The notes: generated by a model not told the origin, from the letters alone. Shown: positions 37,538-47,503, numbered from the stretch's first letter. The stretch is DNA of 64,000 nucleotides from a virus (IMGVR_UViG_3300036713_000599), one strand, 5' to 3'. Numbers and translations: made by a program.

Positions 37538-37858
37538 CTATCGTGGCCCCTTGGACGGTTCCTTTACATCCCAACACATAGTAAACCGCATCTTGGGTGT
37601 GATGGTGACAGGATCAAGCATTTGAACCGTCCATCCGAGTTCAAGAGAGGACATGGCCGCTCTAGAAACCCAGATGGTCCTAGAGGGCTGGACTGTGATC
37701 TCTAACTTACTGCCCCACCAGAGCTTGGCAGGCAGGGGCTTAGTGACAGGAGCGCCCCCACTGTAGAGAATGAATTGAGCCTCTCCTTGCCCCCGAAATG
37801 CAACACCGTCGAGAGGCTGTGCTGTTACACATAACACTGTAAGAGTTGCCCGTCTCAT
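37538..37858 (-). CDS. Hypothetical protein
   Basis: 106 aa from MRRATL; start overlaps the stop of an 11-codon mini-ORF (37855-37890). Confidence 0.5.
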   Translation of the reverse strand: MRRATLTVLCVTAQPLDGVAFRGQGEAQFILYSGGAPVTKPLPAKLWWGSKLEITVQPSRTIWVSRAAMSSLELGWTVQMLDPVTITPKMRFTMCWDVKEPSKGPR

Positions 37859-37896
37859 GTGTTCAACTCGCTTACTTGAGTGAGGTACATGGTAAC

Positions 37897-37906
37897 ATTT
37901 TACACC
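37897..37906 (-). promoter_or_regulatory. GGTG-TAAAAT promoter motif (divergent pair with 37925)
   Basis: TACACC 37901-37906, 10 nt from ATG at 37890. Confidence 0.6.
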
Positions 37907-37924
37907 AAAGAAGGTTACCAAGAT

Positions 37925-37934
37925 GGTGTATTCT
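37925..37934 (+). promoter_or_regulatory. GGTG-TATTCT promoter motif
   Basis: Hexamer ends 10 nt before ATG 37941. Confidence 0.65.
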
Positions 37935-37940
37935 TGTTCC

Positions 37941-38564
37941 ATGCCTGCTGACAAAAAAGACGATACGATGAAAATGTTCTGGGATGATGCTAGCGTGTCT
38001 CCCCACAGGCGTTTCATCACGAACGAAATGAGCATGTCCGACAAGGTACAGCCTGGAGACATGGTCATCGGGACCTCGAAAAATCGCATCCTTGTGGTCA
38101 TACACGCAGATGGGACCTTGGAGTACGGCCCAGAGTACCGACCCAACGAAGCCGCCATAGTTTTTTGGGAGGAAATGGGGCGCCGTCGACTTCAGATGGA
38201 AGACCGATTACTGACCATCCACCACATGGATGCTGTGTTAACTCGTCTTGGAGATGCAGATCTTCGGGCTGAGAGCGCTCGTCGTATTGCAGCCAACAAC
38301 CCAACGGACATGGAGATGGAACGCCAAGCTATCGAAGCTGTGAATAGGGTGGAAATGGTAGCAGGTGAAGCCATCGAGCTTGGAAGGGCCCTAGTTCGTC
38401 GTCCTGGTATACCAATGCCGGCCTTCCCTGATGAAATACCAACCTCAGTACAAGAACAAGAACACAGTGAGTACAGAGGCAAGGAGGGGGTTGGGGCGGA
38501 CATCGACGAACCACTACCAGAAGATGACGACGACAACGAAGGAGGAGACGTTGGCCTCAACTGA
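37941..38564 (+). CDS. Hypothetical protein
   Basis: 207 aa with acidic tail; start placed by the promoter motif. Confidence 0.7.
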   Translation: MPADKKDDTMKMFWDDASVSPHRRFITNEMSMSDKVQPGDMVIGTSKNRILVVIHADGTLEYGPEYRPNEAAIVFWEEMGRRRLQMEDRLLTIHHMDAVLTRLGDADLRAESARRIAANNPTDMEMERQAIEAVNRVEMVAGEAIELGRALVRRPGIPMPAFPDEIPTSVQEQEHSEYRGKEGVGADIDEPLPEDDDDNEGGDVGLN

Positions 38565-38895
38565 ATTTGTCCTACTGGTCTGCTGCGTTCTTCTTGCAGG
38601 GCTTGCTATTACAGCATTCTTTCTTCCAAGGAGGGCGTGCGCCCATACTTGGAGCATTATGTGGGTTTTGAAGAAAAACAGGTATCAGCTAGGCGTCGTG
38701 TGTTCTAAATGCTCGGAAGTGGGCTATATAACACACAGCCCCTTCCGAATGGACGAACCTGTCTCTAACGAGCCTAGCACCGCACCTATCATGTACCAGA
38801 TGCGTGTCAGAGGTTCAGTACCCACTGCTGAACCCCCCGTGAAATCTGAAGTGGTTCTGTCTAAGACATTCAGAAACACAGACAGACTCGGCTAA
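38551..38895 (+). CDS. Membrane-anchored protein with HxxxCxxC motif
   Basis: TTG start after SD GGAGGAG; hydrophobic FVLLVCCVLLAGLAITAFFL. Confidence 0.55.
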   Translation: MASTEFVLLVCCVLLAGLAITAFFLPRRACAHTWSIMWVLKKNRYQLGVVCSKCSEVGYITHSPFRMDEPVSNEPSTAPIMYQMRVRGSVPTAEPPVKSEVVLSKTFRNTDRLG

Positions 38896-38962
38896 AACTT
38901 GGTTGCAGGAAGTCGTCAATACGGTTAGACGCACTGTAGGTCGCCCACTACGAGTAGACCGG

Positions 38963-39484
38963 TCACAATGTTGTTTGTATGGAGATGTACCCGCCAGTAA
39001 GGTCAGAAGGCTTTTGGACTACAAACCCCACAGAATCTGCATTAGGGGCACGAGGGTCACCGGACAGAGCCCACTCGTCTTCCGAAGTGAAGTACCCTCG
39101 GAGCGACCAATACAGCTTATCGGCTGGGCTGTAGTTAATCTCCACGAGAGGGCCAGCAATGCGGCTAGCGTAGGTGTATCTCTCAAAGGTCGTAGTAGAC
39201 ATGATGCAGGACCCTGCCATGAGGGTTGCAAAACCGTAGGCTACTTGTTGACCGGTGATAGCTGTGAACAGGTCAGAGGGTTCATCGCTCCCCCATAGGA
39301 CGAAGCCGGCCCCTCTCCCGCCGTCGGCAATCCCGACCATGAGTTCACTACCGGAAGAGTCAACCCAAGAGACACCTTGGCCCCCCAGCCACCCTTGGGA
39401 GCGCATATTTTCGTCTACAGCAATAGTCATCGTCGGACCTTTCGTAAAAAGTACGACGTCCCGAGTTCTTATAATTTCTGGCAT
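38963..39484 (-). CDS. Hypothetical beta-rich protein, possibly capsid decoration/structural
   Basis: 173 aa, Gly-rich beta pattern; the functional guess is weak. Confidence 0.5.
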   Translation of the reverse strand: MPEIIRTRDVVLFTKGPTMTIAVDENMRSQGWLGGQGVSWVDSSGSELMVGIADGGRGAGFVLWGSDEPSDLFTAITGQQVAYGFATLMAGSCIMSTTTFERYTYASRIAGPLVEINYSPADKLYWSLRGYFTSEDEWALSGDPRAPNADSVGFVVQKPSDLTGGYISIQTTL

Positions 39485-40050
39485 GTCACTGCTTCCATGG
39501 GATCTATTTCAAAAGAATCATCGAGAAAAAACTGGAGTTTTTTGTCGTCAGAAGTACGCACGGTGACTTGGACACGACTCCCTACTCTGCGAATCGTGAA
39601 ATCTTTGGCAATACCGGCTCGCCGACTGTACTCCACCGATAACAAGGCGTGTATACCTGAGGCTCCGGTGAAGGCTGATTTCGCGGCATTGTTGAGAAAG
39701 GACAAGGGCAGGGATCGGACGAAGCCCCGCATCTCAGAAGGGCTCAGGTTTTGTTCGTCTATGATGACCTCTATGAGGCCAGCCCTGTCTTGGGCTCGTA
39801 GTGCCTTGAACCACTCATCAATGAAAACTTGAACACTCCGCCCGATGGAGTCTACAAGGGCTTCTACAGTTAGGGCTCTATCTGTGAATTCCCCACGAAG
39901 TTTTTCGACAGCGACCTCGTTCGCCTCATTGAGGATCCGTTCAAGAAATGTTTCGCGAGTTTCCGCCTCGAATTCCGGCCGGAGAGTTTGCCAGTCGGGC
40001 TCAAGATCAAACTTGTCGTCGTTTTCAGACGAGCGTTGTTTCATCGACAA
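39469..40050 (-). CDS. Hypothetical protein
   Basis: 193-aa ORF overlapping its neighbours in the operon. Confidence 0.65.
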   Translation of the reverse strand: MSMKQRSSENDDKFDLEPDWQTLRPEFEAETRETFLERILNEANEVAVEKLRGEFTDRALTVEALVDSIGRSVQVFIDEWFKALRAQDRAGLIEVIIDEQNLSPSEMRGFVRSLPLSFLNNAAKSAFTGASGIHALLSVEYSRRAGIAKDFTIRRVGSRVQVTVRTSDDKKLQFFLDDSFEIDPMEAVTCQKL

Positions 40051-40489
40051 GTCCTTTGGAAAGCCAAGGAGGGAGGAGCCCGCTGCGCTCTACGCCAAAA
40101 GCTGCCCAATAGTCAGGTTCTTTTTGGGCTTGGATAAAGCGATGGTCGAGAGAGATTTGACTGAAGGCGTCCTTGAGAACCTGCAGACCATCTCTATTCC
40201 CTTTCCGGCAACGAACAGCGTACCGGAAAATCTCTTGGATCCGTTGGACAACCCATGGCCGCATTTGTTTAGGGGTGAACAAAGACACTTGTCGGGACTT
40301 CTGGTGGTCTGTTTGAGCCAGAGCTATAACAAGCGTTGCGAGAAATAGTTCAGGGTCCGACTGTTTTTGGGAAATCCCTTTTGAGTTGCAGCTATAGATC
40401 TGTTTTTGGCGAGGAGTGACGCGAAAACCTATCGGTGTACGCTGGGGGTCCCGACCCAGTAGACCTTGATGCAAGGAAAGAGGATGCAT
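40025..40489 (-). CDS. Hypothetical protein
   Basis: Start MHPLSL placed 10 nt from the promoter motif at 40500-40505. Confidence 0.6.
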   Translation of the reverse strand: MHPLSLHQGLLGRDPQRTPIGFRVTPRQKQIYSCNSKGISQKQSDPELFLATLVIALAQTDHQKSRQVSLFTPKQMRPWVVQRIQEIFRYAVRCRKGNRDGLQVLKDAFSQISLDHRFIQAQKEPDYWAAFGVERSGLLPPWLSKGLVDETTLV

Positions 40490-40495
40490 GTCTAC

Positions 40496-40505
40496 ACCAT
40501 ACACC
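40496..40505 (-). promoter_or_regulatory. GGTG-TATGGT promoter motif
   Basis: TACACC 40500-40505, 10 nt from ATG at 40489. Confidence 0.65.
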
Positions 40506-40569
40506 AAAAACTTGAAATAGTGTAGATTTTACTTATACATAACTGCTGGTAAATAGATAGGAGACTCAC

Positions 40570-40992
40570 ATGAAAAAGTTCACAACCGCTGAACTCAAAG
40601 CTCTCAAGGATCGTTGCATTAGGGCCATGCGGAAGAACTTTCGAATCGCCCATGTGGACGTTCTGATCAATATGCTCGGAGCGGAAACAAATGTCCTTGA
40701 CGTCCCTCCCAACACCTGTAAAGGATCCACGAAGCACCTCTATTTCCTGGTAGAAGAGGCTCTCGCCCAAAAAGCGGGAAAGGCAAAGCCTGCCAACCCA
40801 GCTAAGACAGCCATCGTGAATGTCATAGAAATTGAGCTTCCTGGGGGTCCCGTCGATGAAATTCCATACGATGAGTGGGAGGTCAAGGAACTGTATTCAG
40901 AAGCAAGGGCTCGGAACATTTACGGTCGATCTAATATGGGCAAGGATGAATTAATTAAGGCGTTGTACAAGTACGACGAGGAACTTAATTAA
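40570..40992 (+). CDS. Protein with C-terminal Rho_N-like (HeH) nucleic-acid-binding domain
   Basis: WEVKELYSEARARNIYGRSNMGKDELIKAL. Confidence 0.7.
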   Translation: MKKFTTAELKALKDRCIRAMRKNFRIAHVDVLINMLGAETNVLDVPPNTCKGSTKHLYFLVEEALAQKAGKAKPANPAKTAIVNVIEIELPGGPVDEIPYDEWEVKELYSEARARNIYGRSNMGKDELIKALYKYDEELN

Positions 40993-40999
40993 AGTTTTT

Positions 41000-41009
41000 G
41001 GTGTATGCT
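41000..41009 (+). promoter_or_regulatory. GGTG-TATGCT promoter motif
   Basis: Hexamer ends 10 nt before ATG 41016. Confidence 0.65.
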
Positions 41010-41015
41010 GGAGGC

Positions 41016-41567
41016 ATGAACACCTCCATACGCATCGCATTTACCGGAGCCAGCGGCACTGGTAAGACTACAGTCGCTAAACAAATCTCAACTATCCTCG
41101 GGATCCCCTTCAATCCAATAGGAAGCCGATCCGTTGCTCAAAGTATGGGCTTTGGTAACCCATATGATGTTGATAAGGCAGGTAAACGAGCCGAATTCCA
41201 GCGAAGGCTCGTAACCGAGAAGCAGGCATGGGAAGACAGCCACGAAGACTTCGTGTCTGATCGCACTACTGTAGACAACTTGTGCTACACGGCCCTACAC
41301 GACGTCTCTGCTGTGGACAAGAATCTACTTGACCAAGTAGAGACAGGAATGAGACGATACACACACGTCGTACTTTTCCCCGTAAAGGGTTTCTGTAAGT
41401 TGAGCGGGGACGCAGCCCGTGTCCAGGATATGGTATATCAAAGGTTGTTTGAGTCGGCATTGACGGGATTCCTGGGCACCTATGGGGCCGGTTATCGCGT
41501 TTTACCTTTGGATTGTGTGGGTGTGAATGTCAGAGTACAAGCTATTTTGGAGATGGTGAGAAAATAG
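41016..41567 (+). CDS. P-loop nucleotide kinase/ATPase (AAA_28/NadR-like)
   Basis: IAFTGASGTGKTT and FVSDRT. Confidence 0.7.
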   Translation: MNTSIRIAFTGASGTGKTTVAKQISTILGIPFNPIGSRSVAQSMGFGNPYDVDKAGKRAEFQRRLVTEKQAWEDSHEDFVSDRTTVDNLCYTALHDVSAVDKNLLDQVETGMRRYTHVVLFPVKGFCKLSGDAARVQDMVYQRLFESALTGFLGTYGAGYRVLPLDCVGVNVRVQAILEMVRK

Positions 41568-41578
41568 CCCACGTTTCT

Positions 41579-42718
41579 TCATATACAAATCCCATCTCGC
41601 CACGCCATCACCATCGCCTCCCTCGTCTTTGGCCCTATCAAACCATCGGCTTTGAGCCCAACATTCCCTTGAAAGACTAAAAGGGCTTCTTTCGTCTTGC
41701 GGCCCATGGCCCCATCTACACCAGTTGGCCCGAGATCGTAGCCCATATCGCTCAGGAGTTGTTGGACTTCTTTCACGGTCGTGAATGTTGGTTCCCCTGA
41801 AGGTTCCTCGCTCATAACCTCGTCGTCGTGGACGTTATCCAGACCCTGAACACCCTTCCACATCTTCAACTCTCCAGCCATGTCGGGAAGGTCCACTCCG
41901 TAGAGCTTCTCCACGACGGGGCGAATTGAGTTATACCGGTGAGGGTAGATGGTGATGCCTGGTCCAAAGGTGAGGCGACGGGCGATATGGATGCACCACT
42001 CCTTACTCCACTTGGCTGCCCCTGTCTCCTCTAGGGCGGCCTTTAGTTGCTTCGATGCAACTGCGGGCAGGTTGGCAGCGAAGGACAGGTAGATGGCTCG
42101 TGTAGCCCCCACCCAGCCAGTGGAAGGGACGTTGTCGAAAAGGTTTGTGCGAGCAAACTCCGTGGCAAACATTCGAACGCGTGCTGCCGTGTAATTCGTC
42201 TGAATCTCTATGGCCTTATCTTGAGCAAGGACATTGGCGATAGACGCTGCCCACAGTTTGGCGTGGGCCTTCGATTCGTCGTCCCAACTCCCCTGATGTC
42301 CTGAGGAATTCAACATGAAGAGTTTTTTCTGCTCATTTGCACCATTGACCTGATCTTTAGAATGGCGCCAGAAAAACCTCCACTTGCCGGGACTCTTTTC
42401 AAGGAAGTCTGCATCGGAAGCATCAAGGGCCGGTTGGAGAGGAGCGAGAAGGGACTGGTCTTTGCTCGCGATGGCTCCGAGAAGCTTTGAGGTGAGAAAG
42501 TATGGGATTTCACACCATTGAAGTAAACCCGCGCTTATTCCGCACCTGTCATAACCATTATATGCGTCGAAAGAGCCTCCTTCAGTGCTCGTAATGACCG
42601 CCAAGAGGCGATGTTCTTCGGAGGGTTTGGCGGGAAGCTGGAACTTACGGCTCCCTCGGAAGTAAACTCCTTCGTACCATTTGTACTTACCCCAGCCCAT
42701 ATCTTCAGGTTTTACCAT
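41579..42718 (-). CDS. Putative endolysin: lysozyme-like N-domain + C-terminal peptidoglycan-binding domain
   Basis: TEGGSFDAYNGYD..ISAGLLQW; C-terminal VQQLLSDMGY..VDGAMGRKTKEALLVFQ..LKADGLIGPKT (PG_binding_1). Confidence 0.7.
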   Translation of the reverse strand: MVKPEDMGWGKYKWYEGVYFRGSRKFQLPAKPSEEHRLLAVITSTEGGSFDAYNGYDRCGISAGLLQWCEIPYFLTSKLLGAIASKDQSLLAPLQPALDASDADFLEKSPGKWRFFWRHSKDQVNGANEQKKLFMLNSSGHQGSWDDESKAHAKLWAASIANVLAQDKAIEIQTNYTAARVRMFATEFARTNLFDNVPSTGWVGATRAIYLSFAANLPAVASKQLKAALEETGAAKWSKEWCIHIARRLTFGPGITIYPHRYNSIRPVVEKLYGVDLPDMAGELKMWKGVQGLDNVHDDEVMSEEPSGEPTFTTVKEVQQLLSDMGYDLGPTGVDGAMGRKTKEALLVFQGNVGLKADGLIGPKTREAMVMAWRDGICI

Positions 42719-42809
42719 TTGCTGTTCCTTCTAGTACATGTCGGACAACTGGTGCGAAGCCGGTAGAGTCCTCACCAACACCAGTACTTTGTTTTAGCGA
42801 CGTGTTAGT

Positions 42810-43661
42810 TTACACCGCACCTTTTGGCACATCACCAGAAATAATGACCTCAGGTAGGACAAAAGGCGCACATCTCTCAAGAGGTTTTTCTTCTGGCACA
42901 CCAGCTTGCCGGAGATACGTTAGTGGCTTGCCATCATGTGTGAGCAGGGGACAGAGCCGATCATTTTGTAGGATATCCAGCACATCTACATTCTCCTCGT
43001 AGCCACCGGGGTGTATAAGGACGGCATGTCTGCCCATGAGTCGAACCGTCTGAGAAGGATCCAAGTGCAGCTTGTTGTGCCGGTACCCGGGCCGCTGCCA
43101 GCACTGGGTACCGAAGGTGAGCCCTGGTCCGCTAGCTCTTTTGGCAAACCACCCATAGTTACAAGCGGCGTAATCTCCATGAACCCTGCCCTTGTGGGCT
43201 AACTGTTCGATGAGACACCAATACTTACCGACACAGGAAACGATCCCAGTTCCATTGTCACCTCCGGCCTCTTGGATGGCCTTTTGAATGGCTGTGTGAA
43301 CGTCATGGATGTTGCTTGTGGCGACAATCTGCCCTTTTATGTTGACGACAGAATCAAACTTGACGCGGGCGTTGAGCCACACGAGATCGATAACCTTTGG
43401 GGTCAGAAAAACACAGTTGAGCAAGTCCGCAATCTGTTGCATCTCATGAGCTGTGGCAGGAAGACGAACACCGTCAAAGGTGCGGCTATCCCCTCGGAGA
43501 GGGATTCTTTTAAAGTTCATGGCAGGGACACCATCAAACTTCAAAGCATCGCGCATGACGTTGACGTGTAACTGAAAGCCTTGGTGGTCGCTGGTCAATG
43601 TGACCCATTCAAAGAACCCCTGACCTTCTCTAACCATTTGCACTATATCGATCATACTCAA
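42810..43661 (-). CDS. Hypothetical protein, possibly cell-wall related
   Basis: 283 aa next to the endolysin-like gene; GKYW, NYGW, H..DPSQ motifs; family not assigned. Confidence 0.65.
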   Translation of the reverse strand: MSMIDIVQMVREGQGFFEWVTLTSDHQGFQLHVNVMRDALKFDGVPAMNFKRIPLRGDSRTFDGVRLPATAHEMQQIADLLNCVFLTPKVIDLVWLNARVKFDSVVNIKGQIVATSNIHDVHTAIQKAIQEAGGDNGTGIVSCVGKYWCLIEQLAHKGRVHGDYAACNYGWFAKRASGPGLTFGTQCWQRPGYRHNKLHLDPSQTVRLMGRHAVLIHPGGYEENVDVLDILQNDRLCPLLTHDGKPLTYLRQAGVPEEKPLERCAPFVLPEVIISGDVPKGAV

Positions 43662-43673
43662 CGAGGTCTAGCA

Positions 43674-44096
43674 ATGAAATACTACTCCGTAAGACAACGT
43701 AAAGATCTCCGATGGGAGTCCACGTGCAAAGAAGGCGGCCGCAGTTATCCTGTGGGGTATTGTGCGGGGAAAGAGGCACAGGGGCACACAAATCATGCCG
43801 ATAAGTACCATGTTGACGGACATGAGACGGCAGAAGAAGCCTTCGAGTGCTGTCGTCAATATCAGCTCGACCATTTTCTAGGATTTCATGACGGAGAAGG
43901 GGAGAGGACTCTCAGAGTGTGTGACCACTCCGACTGCGACGAATTCACGAGCGGCAGAGCGACCATCCAGTGTAAGGTCATCGCACACCTGTGCCCTAAA
44001 CATCGGACCAGAGAGATCGTCGAAGAGATCTACCTCAATCTGGCCAACTCCTGTCCTTCTCTGTCTCCTCTACCTTTCCTCAGACTTCGAGTTTAA
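43674..44096 (+). CDS. Cys/His-rich hypothetical protein
   Basis: GYCA, H.T.EEA.EC, CDHSDC, CPKH. Confidence 0.6.
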   Translation: MKYYSVRQRKDLRWESTCKEGGRSYPVGYCAGKEAQGHTNHADKYHVDGHETAEEAFECCRQYQLDHFLGFHDGEGERTLRVCDHSDCDEFTSGRATIQCKVIAHLCPKHRTREIVEEIYLNLANSCPSLSPLPFLRLRV

Positions 44097-44427
44097 TCTC
44101 GATAGGAACGGAAGCAGGCCAAAATACCGCCAGAGTCACTGACAAAACTATACGTAGACCTTTGGCTATGCGGATCAAGATCAATTGCTCAAATCTGTGG
44201 TTCTTGTAGAGGGAGTGGCTAATCTTCTTGATTTCCGACTCATATGTGGACAAAGAAATCGACAAGTGGTTGCGTACCGGAGGCCTCAAAGGCGAACCTG
44301 TAGAAATCGCGCAAGAGCTTCCTGATGGAAGCGTGACCGTCCGAAAGAAGTCGGGAAAGGTAGTACATATCCCAAAACTTTTCCTGGACCTTGCCAAGGC
44401 CCGAAATCGGGGGAAAGATTAAGTGTT

Positions 44428-45816
44428 ATGGGAAAGTACGATCATATCGACTTTAGGCCTCCTGAGAATGTCGCTAAGGCCGCGGAGAAGGGGCTAGAGT
44501 ACAGAAGGCGGCAAGGGAAGGATAAGGCCGGCCTGACCCCCGAAGAAGCGTCAAAAGAGGGGATCGGCAGCGGTGTGCAAAGGGCGGTAAATTTAAAGAA
44601 TCGGACGAACATTAGCCCTAAGGTCATCAAGCAAATGGTGGCATTTTTCTCAAGGCACGAGAAGAATGCCAAAATCGACCAGAAGCACAAGAATGAACCT
44701 TGGAAAGACAAGGGCTACGTGGCTTGGTTAATCTGGGGTGGTGACCCTGGCAGGACGTGGGCCGGGAAAGTTTTGCGGCAAATGGAAGACGCTGACAAGA
44801 AAAAGGACGCCTCCGACCGATACATCAAGATCCTTCGCTCCGGTGGGGTGGTTTCGACGACGGAAACCACCGACCCTACCATGAAAGGGTTGGAGTCAAA
44901 AGGACTTGCTCACAGAGCAGGAACCTCTGGAGGGTACCATCTCTGGGTAGGTGGTGTCAGGCTCCAAGACACAAGGTCGGTCACTCACAAAGGTAGACTC
45001 GCTACTCGTCTCAAGGACCATCTCACTGCAAGACTGGACCACCTACTGAACAGCCTCCAGGGATGGAGGACAGGAGCCCTCAAAGGGGACTTGAAGATTG
45101 TCCTTGTCGGCTCCCAGGAAGCCCCAGACGCTGTTTACCAAGAGTCCGACGACACTCTCTACATTAAGGCGTCCGCTCGGCTCCTAGGGGCCAACAGATA
45201 CGGTTCTGCTGCCTATCACGTGCTTCGAGAGCTAGGACGCAGGTACGCCGCATTACACAATTGTAGGGCTGACTTCAGTGATTCCAAGTGGGAGGTGACT
45301 AAGTATGCCGCTAACCACGACCCGAAAAGCGTGTTTGCGGAATTGTTCGCCCTCAGCCACCTAGACCAAGAAGGGAGCTGGGATACCGCCATCGTGGGCG
45401 CTTTTGAGGCGATGATGGTGTCCGGTGGGAAGGACGCGAGTACCGGTCTTGATCCGGCCTCTTTACGGGATATCCTCCAAAACCTGACTAAACAGAAAAT
45501 AAAGGACTTTCCAGTCAAACTTGGGAAGTATCGAGCAAAGGCAGGGCGAAACGAGACATGGGACGCCGAGGCATGGATTGAATATGGCTTCCCAAAGACC
45601 ATCCCTATCCAAAGGGGCAAGGAACCAACCCTGCCCTCTCTACAACTGGTTTTCAAGTACAATCCTGCGAAGGGGCTGAGCCTTACAGCTTACGCTAAAA
45701 GTCCGGCCATGGGTATCAAGCGAAAAATCTACGAGAACCACAAGATCGCGGGTAATTACGAGCGCACCCTCCAAACGATGCTTCTAGGATACCAGCCCGA
45801 GATTGCGTGGAAGTGA
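44428..45816 (+). CDS. Multidomain protein: phage-head-associated N-domain + degenerate zincin-like region
   Basis: PPENVAKAAEKGL..RAVNL..MVAFFSRH..YVAWLIWGGDPGRTWA recalled from phage head proteins. Later RELGR replaces HExxH, followed by YAANHDPKSVFAELF. Confidence 0.6.
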   Translation: MGKYDHIDFRPPENVAKAAEKGLEYRRRQGKDKAGLTPEEASKEGIGSGVQRAVNLKNRTNISPKVIKQMVAFFSRHEKNAKIDQKHKNEPWKDKGYVAWLIWGGDPGRTWAGKVLRQMEDADKKKDASDRYIKILRSGGVVSTTETTDPTMKGLESKGLAHRAGTSGGYHLWVGGVRLQDTRSVTHKGRLATRLKDHLTARLDHLLNSLQGWRTGALKGDLKIVLVGSQEAPDAVYQESDDTLYIKASARLLGANRYGSAAYHVLRELGRRYAALHNCRADFSDSKWEVTKYAANHDPKSVFAELFALSHLDQEGSWDTAIVGAFEAMMVSGGKDASTGLDPASLRDILQNLTKQKIKDFPVKLGKYRAKAGRNETWDAEAWIEYGFPKTIPIQRGKEPTLPSLQLVFKYNPAKGLSLTAYAKSPAMGIKRKIYENHKIAGNYERTLQTMLLGYQPEIAWK

Positions 45817-45822
45817 AAGAAT

Positions 45823-46065
45823 TTGGTAATTGACGGAAGGTTTGCCGCGTCGATTTTTTCCAGTGATACAGGATATCGTCCGCAACTATCCGTAAAGGAC
45901 AATCATGAAGCACTTAAAGAGGCAAAGGAATTCAAGGCAAAAGTCCAGGCGTCGAAGAATCTTGTTGGGGATGTGGACGATCTCCGTCGTATGGTTCCTT
46001 CGATCTCTGATCCCTTCTACTGGATTCGACGGTTATTGGATGATTTGAAAAAGGCCGGCGGCTGA
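45823..46065 (+). CDS. Hypothetical protein
   Basis: 80-aa ORF directly after 45816. Confidence 0.45.
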   Translation: MVIDGRFAASIFSSDTGYRPQLSVKDNHEALKEAKEFKAKVQASKNLVGDVDDLRRMVPSISDPFYWIRRLLDDLKKAGG

Positions 46066-46075
46066 GGTCTTATCT

Positions 46076-46720
46076 TCACTCGCCGTAAATTACCCTCTCG
46101 CAAAATTTGCACGTGACTTCTTCCATCCTTCTCGTTACGAGCGGGTAAGTACTGCGAACGAGGCGAGACCCTGTGCACAAGATCTGGCCATCACAATCTT
46201 GGTAGTGTACCTTTTTCCAGGATTTCCTCTTCCCTTTTATTCGAGCCGAGGCTATTCGCATACATATTATGCAGTTAACCTCTTCGAGGTTTTTTGTGGT
46301 GATTCTCTTCTCGTCCCTTGCCCCTGGCTCTAGACCACACCCTCCTTCGAAGTGAACCTTCCTAGGAGTCATAACAGGGTCTTCGAAGAGAGGTATGTCG
46401 TAGCGAGGCGTGAGCAGAACTTTGGAGGGCTTTTTCCCCTGTGTCTTAAAGTGGGTTAGCGCGAGCTGTCTTTTTCCCTCCAGTATTGCTTCCTTCGGAT
46501 TGTCGATGGCGAAAGTCGTATCGAAGATCCAGGCGGGGATGTCTGCCCGTAAGACAATGGCTGCGCAGATGGGACACCGACGGAATATGATTTGAGACCA
46601 TCGATGATTTTGGTACAATGCGTGACCGCACTCTAACAGGTCGAAGACTCTTCCTCTGTCGTCGTACAGCCTTTGCTCTATTTTTCGCATAGGGCCACGT
46701 ATGCGTTGTCTAGGTGGCAT
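46076..46720 (-). CDS. Multi-zinc-finger protein
   Basis: LECGH..CPIC plus two KVH[FY]..C..EEV[NT]CxxC repeats. Confidence 0.65.
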   Translation of the reverse strand: MPPRQRIRGPMRKIEQRLYDDRGRVFDLLECGHALYQNHRWSQIIFRRCPICAAIVLRADIPAWIFDTTFAIDNPKEAILEGKRQLALTHFKTQGKKPSKVLLTPRYDIPLFEDPVMTPRKVHFEGGCGLEPGARDEKRITTKNLEEVNCIICMRIASARIKGKRKSWKKVHYQDCDGQILCTGSRLVRSTYPLVTRRMEEVTCKFCERVIYGE

Positions 46721-46735
46721 GCTAACCTTCCATGC

Positions 46736-46924
46736 TTATGTTGGGAGACGTTGTTTGGAGTCTCCTCGTAAGGAGCCGTCGTTATGTTTTTTGTACTCCA
46801 CCCCCCTCTGGTTTTTCTTGGCTTCTTCGGCACAACAAGAGCACAGGGGGAGGGTTCCGTTGGAGTTGGCTGCAAGTTGTGACCCGCAACCGAAGCATAA
46901 TTGTCCGTTCTCTGTCATATTCAT
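46736..46924 (-). CDS. Small CxxC zinc-ribbon protein
   Basis: CFGCG..LCSCC, 62 aa. Confidence 0.5.
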   Translation of the reverse strand: MNMTENGQLCFGCGSQLAANSNGTLPLCSCCAEEAKKNQRGVEYKKHNDGSLRGDSKQRLPT

Positions 46925-46930
46925 AGATCT

Positions 46931-47503
46931 CTACAAGAAGATGGAGGGATCTTCACACAGTTTGGAGAGTCGTTCTACTTTCTGAGGATCCACTTTATCC
47001 GCGACCGGAAGGGGTGGCATCAGGAAAGGGCCTTTCGCTCTAGCGACATTGACTTCTTGAACAGCATCGCCCTTATCCGAGGGAGGGAATACCAGGGTGT
47101 TTTTTAATCCTGATGCTTCCATCATATGTTGGAGGTGCTCCTCGTCCATGGGGCTACCTGTGGGCCAACCATCGTCTTTGGGCCATACCCGGCCATCCCA
47201 CCCATATCTTCCTAGAGCGGCCACAGTGTTCTCCAGTGTTTCATCGAAGACGGGCATTTCAACCTGCAGAGTGCCCGCAGGCCGAGACGAGAGCTTACTC
47301 TGAGGCAAGAGCAGGAGCGTAACCATCACAAGAGGCGTCTCAGTCTTTTCTCGAATACCTACCCAACTGAAGAGGGGGAGGGAAAGAAACTTGCCCTTGA
47401 TTGGGTCCGACAGAACTTTTCCCACCGGCAACATCCGATGATCGATTTTTTTAGCGCCGTCGGGTCTACTGTTTTTGCTCTTTCGTTTGTCTTTGATCCG
47501 CAT
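46931..47503 (-). CDS. Hypothetical protein
   Basis: Start MRIKDK 9 nt from TACACC at 47513-47518. Confidence 0.65.
   Translation of the reverse strand: MRIKDKRKSKNSRPDGAKKIDHRMLPVGKVLSDPIKGKFLSLPLFSWVGIREKTETPLVMVTLLLLPQSKLSSRPAGTLQVEMPVFDETLENTVAALGRYGWDGRVWPKDDGWPTGSPMDEEHLQHMMEASGLKNTLVFPPSDKGDAVQEVNVARAKGPFLMPPLPVADKVDPQKVERLSKLCEDPSIFL

Noticed and set aside
43010-43202. GGTGTA 10 nt before an ATG inside the 42810-43661 gene
   Set aside because: Antisense within a longer plausible CDS and the peptide looks non-coding. Treated as a chance hit, which shows the motif has some background.
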